Notes under the pieces: generated by a model | Database searches by the model: none | The model's input: only the letters and a program-made list of their open reading frames with translations | What the model was told of the DNA's origin: nothing | Source of the DNA: Octopus vulgaris | Taxonomy: Eukaryota | Reading direction: 5' to 3' | DNA length: 64,000 nucleotides | NCBI GenBank assembly: GCA_951406725.2 | Contig: OX597830.1 | Span: forward strand, 73,346,001 to 73,410,000 | Part shown: in pieces, positions 53,639-64,000 of the stretch | How positions within the stretch are numbered: the stretch's first letter is position 1 | Layout of the letters: every line of letters begins with the position of its first letter | Position numbers and translations under genes: made by a program

Positions 53639-54435
53639 ACACAATATATGACAAGCCATACATTGTGAACTATCGAAGATATCCGAACGAAGGTGCCTCG
53701 TCCTTCATTACGTTTGAAATGCCAACTTAGACTCTCTCCATGATCCCTTATGGTCGTAAAAAGAGACGGAAACGTCAGAAGACTATCTTCTTCAGTAAGG
53801 ATCATTCAGCAGATTCAGGGTTGTTATAGGTCTACTCGGTCGCAGATATCGACCCGACGTTAAATAACAACAACAGCAACAATAATTAAAGTTAACTGAA
53901 GTCTTGACGGTTTTCATACCATTTAGTTTTTTTTCTTCTTTATTTTGCAAGAAAGAAATATTTTAAATTAATTCTATCCAAAGACCCGATTTTCAACGCT
54001 GCGATAATGCAGTGCTGTAGGATTGAATCGATTGACAATTTGGTATTTTTCAACAACGGTTAATTATAATTATCAATTGACATTGGGCGTTTATTACACG
54101 CCCAGTCCCACCTCCGGACACACACCTTACCCACATGTCATGCTATTGGCATTATGCGAAGGATGGGAGAGGGAACAACCATTCCAGCCCATAGCTCTCC
54201 CAGCCCCCAGGAACCGAACTTCACTCCCCTCGACGCCCCATAATGCATCTGGCGTAAACGTCACGGTTTCAGTGTTCGAGGTAATTGTTACCGAACGTCA
54301 CTTAGAATGAGAGTAAGAAAAAAGATAGATAGATAGAGGGAAAGAGAGAGAAAGAGGGAGAGACAGGAACAGGCGTACATAGATAGTGGGAGAAAGAGAG
54401 AGAGAGAGTCAGCTAGATAGATAGATATATAGATT

Positions 54436-54481
<46 letters not shown>

Positions 54482-54566
54482 CAGATAGAGGGAAAGAGAG
54501 AGAAAGAGGGAGAGATAGGTATAGGCATACATAGATAGTGGGAGAAAGCGAGAAAGACAAACAGAC

Positions 54567-54632
<66 letters not shown>

Positions 54633-55012
54633 GTAAAGAGAAAGAAAGATGGAGGGAGAGAGGAGGAGAGTTCTATGGAGACAAGAGTGGAGTGGGTTAT
54701 TGATTGTGATTGATAACCAATCTATGTGATATCATCATCATTGTGATATTCGTCATCATTGTCATCACCATCATGATCGTCCTCATCACCACTACAACCA
54801 TCATCATCATCGACCTCTGCCCCACACTGCTGTCCACCGAACTATTTACTAAATGACATTTCTGCTTTTAAAATGTGATGTAATTTTGTTTGCCTCAATT
54901 AGCCCCGTCTTGCTGTCTGCCCGTCCCCGTTTGTGTGCCCTAACGCCGCACCACCCGGCACACCGCCCAGCCCATTCGTCCCGTCCGCCATCTTTCGTTG
55001 TCTGTCTAACTG

Positions 55013-55083
<71 letters not shown>

Positions 55084-55670
55084 TCTGTACATTTCTCAAT
55101 GTCCATTCGTCTATTTCCCTTTTTTTGGGGTTTTTTTCTGGTGTATGCGTGTTTGTTTGGGTGGAAAGGCTGGGAGGCCGTGCCGAATGACGTAAGCAGA
55201 AGAAAAAAAAATCATTTAATTGAAATTTAACCATTTAGCTGAAGGCAATTATTAGCAGCCCGCACAGAAAAGAGAGTAGGGAGGGGATTTCAAAATACTT
55301 TATAATTCATTCGAGAAACTAATTTCATTATTTATGGGAAAATTCTAGCTGAGTTTGCTGTCAAAGTGGGGGAGAACTATGGACATATTTCGGCTGATTT
55401 CGACCTCCTCAGTTGGAATAAGAAAAGATTTTACTTTTAAATGTACAGAAATGTCTTTTGATGGTTTGTGTCCGGCAATAGTTCGCAGATTAAAATAAAT
55501 AAGATTCGCAAAGGGAAATGACACAAGTCGTTCATTGGCGTATGAGTGTGGGACTCATGCATTGTTTAATTACGAAAAAGTTAGCCTAGAAAGTTTATCT
55601 CGTGTATGTATGGTGCATGTACGTTTGTATCTATTTATTCGACGTGTTCGCTTATATATATATTAGTATG

Positions 55671-55707
<37 letters not shown>

Positions 55708-55710
55708 ATT

Positions 55711-55776
<66 letters not shown>

Positions 55777-55809
55777 CATATATATACATATATACATTCT
55801 TCTATTCTT

Positions 55810-56178
55810 TACATCTTTCAGTCATTTGACTGTACTCATGGTGGGGTACCACCTTTGGTCGAAAAACATCGACCCCAAGACTTATTCTTTATATGCCCAG
55901 TACTTATTTTATCGGTCTCTTTTGACGAATTGCTAAGTTACGGAGGCGTAAACACAAGATCGGTTGGAGAAAAAACACAGACACACAAATACATACATAC
56001 ATACATACCCACACATATATACATATACATACATATATATATGTACGACAGACTTCTTTCAGTTTCCATCTATCAAATCCACTCACAAGGCTTTGGTCGG
56101 CCCAAGGCTATAGTAGCACTGAACCCGGAACCATGTGGTTGGGAAGCAAGCTTCTTACAACACAGCCAATCCTGCGCC
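55810..56178 (-). mobile_element. SINE family A
   Basis: Reverse complement, ending CAATCCTGCGCC. Confidence 0.9.
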
Positions 56179-57218
56179 TATACACACACACGCACATATA
56201 TATATATATATACATACATATGTAAATGCGTGAGAGGATGTATACGTGTATGTGCGTCCGCGAGTCTTTGCATGTAATTTCTGTATGGATATGTATCTTT
56301 GTGTTAGAGAGCGTACACCAATGTCTGCGCAAAGTCAATCGACTATCGATGATGGAGGAGACTGCAAGAGATTTATTTTGTTATAGGTGCAATTGTTGTT
56401 GTTGTTGCTGCTGTTGTTATTATTATTATTATTATTATTACAATTTGTGCCTAATCGCCCAGTATCGCATCATTTGCCCGAGCTCAGAGGTGGGAGGCAA
56501 AACGAAAACTAACTACCTATCCAATTAAAAGTGAGGGAAGATGAACGTGGCTGTCCTGTGTGTGTGTGTGTGTGTTTGTGATAGAGGGATAGAGGGATAG
56601 ATGAGTAGACGGACAGACAGAAAGGGAGCGCAGGGAGAGGACAGTCCACAATTCTTGTTTTTATTTTCTTTTTTACGTGTTTGCACTCATCATAGCATAG
56701 AACTTATTAATTTCTTGATTCTTGGTTGTTTTTTTAAAGGTTCTATTTTTCTACCAATCACATTTGTACGTTTAAACCAGGATTGGGTCGTTGCTCTATT
56801 TGTTTTGTTTTTATATAATTTAGAAGTTTATCATTTAAATATATATGAGCATGTCTACATACCTGACTATATGCATGAGAATACATTCATAAAACATGCA
56901 AATTTTCACCCATATACATACATGCATACATACATACATACATACATGCATACATAGATACATACATGCATACATGTATACATACATGCATACATGCATA
57001 CATACATTAAATATATACTTATAGCTATCGCGTAGCTAACATGGGAGTCCAGAAAAATAGGACGAATGCTGCCGTTGATTAGCTCCAAGAGGCCATCGCC
57101 TCTAGCTAGCTATGTGACACACAAATCTGTGTCTATTATAACCTTTAACCAGGGGAGGTCAGCAGCTTCCCTTTGCTGGTCTGGCATCCACAGACTAGTT
57201 TCGAGATCGCGCGCACGA

Positions 57219-57249
<31 letters not shown>

Positions 57250-57265
57250 TACACACACATACACA

Positions 57266-57318
<53 letters not shown>

Positions 57319-57986
57319 ACACACATACACACACATACACACATACACAAACAAACACAGTACAGATGAATGCAAGAAGTAACCTACGATAATATTCTTC
57401 TCTTCCATTCTGAATCAACGATATGGCAGTGTAGGTGGCCCCGCAGCTTACAGCTTGCCAAGCCCAGAGTTATCTCGCAATAGATAGGTTATCATCTGAG
57501 TATGAAGCCCTGCATGGATTAGCCGTTGTGCAAACCCTTATGGGTGGGGGTAGGTAGTGGTGTCAAGTGGCTGCAGATGAGAAGGAGGAGTGCGCGACTA
57601 TTGTCCTCGTACCCTCCGACATCACAGATGCAATTTGCGATGAAGAGATGGCGGTAGAGGTGATGATGATGATGATGATGATAACAACGACGATGGTGGT
57701 GGTGGATATGATGAACTGATGATAATATACAGTGACCACGACGACTACGACGACGATGCGTATAGAAAGAGGAGCAAATAGTACCTCATGTATGTTAAGT
57801 TTTACGTATTGTCTCACAAACACAGACAAATGTGCACTCTGCTTACATATGAATAAACACACACACATATCTATTCATCTCTGCCTGCCTTTCTCTATCT
57901 GTATAATACATTTGTGTGTGTGTGTGTGTGTGTATGTATATGCATGTGTAAAATATATATATATATATACGTGCGTGTGGGTATAT

Positions 57987-58035
<49 letters not shown>

Positions 58036-58090
58036 CATACATATATATATATATACATATATATATGCATATATATATATACATATGTAC

Positions 58091-58142
<52 letters not shown>

Positions 58143-58159
58143 GTATATATATATATATT

Positions 58160-58190
<31 letters not shown>

Positions 58191-58278
58191 ACATACATAT
58201 ATATATACATACATACATATATATATATATTTGTGTATATATATATATATTTGTATATATATATATATATATATACAT

Positions 58279-58333
<55 letters not shown>

Positions 58334-58513
58334 TAGATGTTCTTCAACTCATCTGAATAGCACAAAAATAAATTCAGAGAGAACTACAACACATTCACTG
58401 AACCATGGAAAACTCTTGTTGCCACGCCCCACCACCCTGCTATACCCACCTCACTGACGCCATCCATATATGGAAGAATACATCTTTCCACTCTATCATG
58501 TCTCCTCTTCCAC

Positions 58514-58573
<60 letters not shown>

Positions 58574-58745
58574 GTATTTAGAGCGAAACCATCTATCTGC
58601 TGCGATATGTTCGCAAATCTAATTTAATATCAACGGTCGAGTTGAGATGCTTGGCACCTCTCATCCGCAATGTTTATTCCGGGTAGGAACAAGAACATTT
58701 TAGCACGCACGTACGCACCTACACTTATACATAAATTCAAACACA

Positions 58746-58807
<62 letters not shown>

Positions 58808-58947
58808 CAATCATATACGTGCGCGCATGTGTATATGTGCATGTGCGTAACTATATATGTTTGTGTGTGAGTGTATATACATATATATATATATATATAA
58901 AGAAAGAGAGAAATACAGGCATACATACACATATAAACTTATATCTA

Positions 58948-59051
<104 letters not shown>

Positions 59052-59514
59052 TATCTATATATTCCTATATATAATTCGTATAAATATTTATAGACCAATA
59101 TGGAGACACGCAGTGTGTGCGTATATCTATGTATGAATATAGTTATCACATTCTGTCTTTATCTTTCTCACACACACACACACACAAACACACACTCACA
59201 TGTAGAGGCGCACACACACAGAAACTCCCAAGAGACTTATTCTGCGCAACGAAGACTTCATACAACATAATTTGACATGGAATATTGCGCAAAACAGTAA
59301 ATTCTGTATCTTCGGTGATCTGTGTTCACCATGGTCAAAAGTTATCTTTAAGTATGTTTGTTTAGCAGAATAGATTTGACATCGTTTTTGCGGTATTGTC
59401 TTACGATTTCCAACAAGAAATGTCAAACCGATCTGCACGTGGACGAACGGACGAGAGGTTTTAAAACGACAGCAGTGTTAAGCTGCACATTTGTGTCCAT
59501 AGAAATAATAATAA

Positions 59515-59733
59515 TCCTTTCTATTATAGGCACAAAGCTTCAAATTTTGGGAGAAGGTGGGGTGGGGTGGGGGGCTAGTCGATGACATCAACCCCAGTGC
59601 TCAACTAGTGTTTATTTCATTGACCCCGAAGGGATGAAAGGCAAAGTCGACCTTGGCGGCATTTGAACTCAGAACGCTAAGACTTAGCAGCATTTCGTCC
59701 GACTTGCAAACAGTTCTGCCAGCTCGTCGCCTT
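59515..59733 (-). mobile_element. SINE family B
   Basis: GGATGAAAGGCAAAGTCGACC..TTTGAACTCAGAACG..GCCAGCTCGTCGCCTT. Confidence 0.85.
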
Positions 59734-59735
59734 AG

Positions 59736-59924
<189 letters not shown>

Positions 59925-60445
59925 TTGTTTGTCCTCTCTGTGTTTAACCCCTTGTGGGTAGTAAAGAAATAAGTATTTCATCTGCCGCTACGTTCTGAGT
60001 TCAAATTCCGCCGAGGTCAACTTTTCCTTTCACCTTTTCGGGGTCGATAAATTAAGTACCAGATGCGCACTGAGGGTCGACTATACCCACCACCCTCCGC
60101 CAAATTTCAGGGTTCGTCTAGATAGTTCAAAGGATTAATTATTCTGCTTGCCTATTAAACTTCTGCTGTCAATTGAAATTTATCTAAGCGATTTGTCCAA
60201 CAAAATTAGGGAGCTGCACCTTAGCAAAATCAAGGCGGTGAGCTGGCAGAATCGTTAAGCACGCCGGGCAAAATGCATAGCGACATTTTTTTTCGTCTCA
60301 ACGTCCTGAGTTCAAATGCGGCCGAGGTCGACTTTACCTTTCATCCATCAGCATCGATGAAAACAAGCACCAGTCGAGCAGTGTAATTGACTAGCCACAC
60401 CCCTCTCCCGAAATTGCTGGCATTGTGTCAAAATTTGAAACCAAT
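59925..60445 (+). mobile_element. Two SINE family B copies (59925-60130 and 60232-60445)
   Basis: GAGTTCAAAT..GCCGAGGTC cores at about 60000 and 60315. Confidence 0.85.
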
Positions 60446-60528
60446 ATTTAGTAAAATCCTGTTTATTACTCGCATTATTTCAGTATATGAAATTGTGTGT
60501 GTGCATGTCTGTGTGTGTGTCTGTGCGT

Positions 60529-60562
<34 letters not shown>

Positions 60563-61168
60563 CATTTTTCGCATCAATTTATCTCATATTTCAGTGCACT
60601 TCGTTTTCCGCTTCCTTCTACACCTACACCTCCAACAACTCTCCACCTCCCCTCATCTCCTTCCTCCTCCTACTACTACTACCACACTCCTCCTCCTCTT
60701 CTTCTCATCCCTCTCCATGTCCTCCCCTTCTTTCCTCTATATATCTAGCTCCTTCTTTCATCCCTTTTTCCCTCCGCCTCTCGCTAACCGCCACCCCTCC
60801 TCCTCTCTCTTGCAACTCTCTCAAGTAGGTTATATATTAAAATAACATAAACACCTTATCTATTTATTTATCTAAATGCTGTTTCTTTCGCTTATTGTTT
60901 TGTTCATATTTTCCTCGTTTTTTTCCCCCTGCAGCAAAGCACAATGCCGTTTTCATTTTTAGAATTAAATTGCCTCTGTGTATGCGTGTGCGTGCGCCTG
61001 TGTGTGTGTGTGCCTCTTTGTGTGCGTGTGTGTGTGTGTGTGTGCGTGCGTGCGGATGTATGGATATTTATACGCGGATATGTAAATATGTACACGCCTA
61101 TTCATCTGTGTGTGTGTATGTGTGTGTGTGTGTCTGTGTAGATAAATATTTATGTATTTATGCGTGTA

Positions 61169-61234
<66 letters not shown>

Positions 61235-61236
61235 TG

Positions 61237-61338
<102 letters not shown>

Positions 61339-61437
61339 TATGTATGTATATGTATATGTGTATATATGTATATATAAATGTGTGTGTGTGTGTATATATG
61401 TATATATATATATATATGTTTATGTATGTATATGTAC

Positions 61438-61481
<44 letters not shown>

Positions 61482-62152
61482 ATGTACGTATGCATGGACG
61501 CGTGTGTGTTTCTATTTTTGCATTCGCAGCACAGCCGTCCTACTCCAAAACGAACAACGCGTCTGGCGCGGTGTAGCGCGCGCAAGACGTAATCTAGCAT
61601 TTTACATTATTTCTATTTTTACCATTTATTTTATTGTGTTGTATTTTGTTTCAGCTCTTCTTTGCTACTTAGGGAAAACATTAACTAAGCAATGTTAACT
61701 GTAGTTCAACTCATTAGCTTCTATTTTGTCCTGAAAATCACAAGATACCATCTTTACTAGCTTAATTTTCAGAACACGGGTCAGATCGCTTATCTTCCAC
61801 CCACCCTTACACATATATATATATATATACGCGTGTAGTTTAATTATACGATACGTGTTTGTTGTCATTTATGACTGTTATTATCATTAGTCATATTTAA
61901 ATCATTATTTCTCATAATCGTCATTATCATTGTGCTTTTTTAAAAATATTTCTTAGTTTTGTTATCATTGACAAAAGCCAAAATATAAAAACAAAAAAAA
62001 AAAACAACTGACATTTGAAACACTTGCAAACAAGACATTGTTTTTGTGTTTTTTTTTTTTTATTTTGACGTTCCTCTCTTCCTCTCATCCTTCTGCGTTG
62101 CACGAGCATCTGTCTGTATCTGTGTAAATTTGCTTCTGTGTAAGTGTCTGTG

Positions 62153-62219
<67 letters not shown>

Positions 62220-62231
62220 TGTAATATACTA

Positions 62232-62655
62232 AGACAGCAAGTTGGCAGAATCGTTAGTACGGCGGGCGAAATATATTTCGTCTGCCGTTACGTTCTGAGT
62301 TCAAATTCCGCCGAGGCCGACTTTGCCTTTCATCCTTTCGGGCTCGATAAATCAAGTACCAGTTATGCACTGGGGTCGATGTAATTGACTTAATCCCTTT
62401 GCCTATCCTTGTTTGTCCCTTCTATGTTTAACCCCTTGTGGGCAATAAAGAAATAAGAATCGTTAGTAACCCGGAGAACTGCTTTGCGGTATTTCGTCGC
62501 TCTTTCCATTTTGAGTTCAAATTTCGCCGCGGTCGGTTTTGCCTTTCATCTTTTTATAAGTTGATGAAGTCAGTATCTATCAAGTATTGGGGCAGATGAA
62601 ATCAAGTAGCTCCCTTTCCAGCAATTCCTGCCTTGTGCCTATAGTAGAAAGGATT
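62232..62655 (+). mobile_element. SINE family B, two tandem or nested copies
   Basis: A well-preserved copy at 62232-62458 followed by an older copy. Confidence 0.85.
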
Positions 62656-62656
62656 A

Positions 62657-62871
62657 CAATAATCTCTCGGCTATCGCGGGTGTTGCGTTTCCAAAAGCCA
62701 CCGCGATAGGTGAAAATCCGCGAAGTAGAAACAGTACTATACTGTATACATTTTAAAAATTATTTTTATAATTAATTTGTATATATTTATTTTGTTATAA
62801 ATACAAAAACAACACTACGAAGGATTCGATGTAAGCTTAAATAATAAACCGCGATAGATGAACCGCGATAA
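62657..62871. mobile_element. Tigger/pogo-like MITE, one end truncated
   Basis: TA|CAATAATCTCTCGGCTATCGCGGG..CGCGATAGGTGAAAATCCGCG is the reverse complement of the right end of 25099-25551. Confidence 0.75.
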
Positions 62872-62874
62872 GAA

Positions 62875-63450
62875 GAAAGAATTTATGTCAAAGTAGACAG
62901 AGCGCGGTGTTCTTGACACGCACACCCACAGCCTGAACATTTTGGGAATGTGCAAACCAGTAATTAAGATGTATCAAAGGTATATAACAAAATTTAAAAA
63001 TCCTAATGTTAGGTAACAAGACACCCAATCACAATCTCACGAAATGGTACTACCCTTCGAACGCTTATTTTCCGAAATTACTATACTTCAGCGACAGAGC
63101 AACCACTACGATCCGCGTGTCTCTGTGTACTCAGAGTGACAGCATATGCAGTCGGCAATTACAAAACATTCTTTCTAATAATAGCTACCGAAGAAACAGC
63201 TTTGCCCCTAACAGCGGCCAACGCATGTTGATGGACTATCCTCTCCACCTGAACGAAGCTTGTGTTGTCTATCAGATAGACCGTACTCCATGCAGCAAAT
63301 ATGTCACTGACCAAATAACAGAACGCCTTCACGCACGCCTCACGTCGGTCAAAAACGCAACTAGATAAATAATGGAGCCAGAATCTTTATAGATACTATC
63401 AAAAACACAGGCAGAAAAGGAAGACGCAGAAAGTACAAACCAGTTATCAA
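62875..63450 (+). pseudogene. Heavily decayed Penelope-like RT/GIY-YIG relic
   Basis: KPVIKMYQRYI (approx. RYVDD), DRA..LC..LQNILSNNSY (approx. NGYP) and CVVYQIDRTPCSKYVTDQITERLHARL (approx. VVYxIxCxxCxxxYIGQTxRxLxxR) occur in the correct order. Confidence 0.55.
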
Positions 63451-64000
63451 TAACTAACAAGGGCTGGACGAATCCTAAACGAAGTTAATTAGCAACTCCT
63501 ACCGTCCTCTATGTAACGCAACACTTGTCCTTTATTTTTCTACGCTGCATTAACGTGAGGTTTACCGCCATATATATGAAAGCAGTTGACGGTGAATCTA
63601 GGTTCATACATTTGCTTTCTTCATGCTTTGAAAAGGAGTATTTTTACCCGAAATATTATGTTATTTAATGATTAAGGCAAGATTTTTAATATTTGCATTA
63701 ATGATTTAACATTTCTCAACTGTACAGCTTTAGCTTTCTAAAATATATATCATACATCCACAAGACTAACTGTTGAATATTGACATGTTGGGTCTAGCAA
63801 TGAAACTATTATCTCGATAGAAACCATTCCACAAGTTATTTTTATTTGTCTCATTCATTCGACTGCAGCCTTGCTTGGGCATCGTCTTGAGGAGTTTTTG
63901 TTGGACAAATCACCCTAATATTTTAATTTGTTTTTGAAATCTGTTACTTATTAAATCGGTCTTTTATGCCGAATCACCAAAATTATGTGATGTAAATGAA

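Overview
Eukaryotic, AT-rich DNA saturated with microsatellites. The SINE families resemble those I know from octopus genomes, so a cephalopod intron or intergenic region is inferred, not verified. I find no intact protein-coding gene: nearly all ORFs in the track are translations of (TA)n, (CA)n, (TATG)n, (GAT)n or (AAT)n. The window is a mosaic of mobile DNA. It holds at least five SINE-like families in dozens of copies, four Helitrons with identifiable ends (one carrying a frameshifted PIF1-type helicase fragment) plus a Helitron 5' fragment, and hAT-, Merlin- and Tigger-like MITEs. It also holds decayed RTE, R4/Dong-like and Penelope retroelement fragments. The most interesting signal is a family of short (~160-200 bp) non-coding elements, mostly inside (TA)n tracts, that carry a minimal type-I hammerhead-ribozyme-like fold with variant cores (candidate Penelope-related retrozyme-like elements). 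Also notable are a ~420-bp (TA)n-centred palindrome and several inverted repeat pairs able to form dsRNA. All family names come from motif recognition, not database searches; most ends of diverged elements are approximate.
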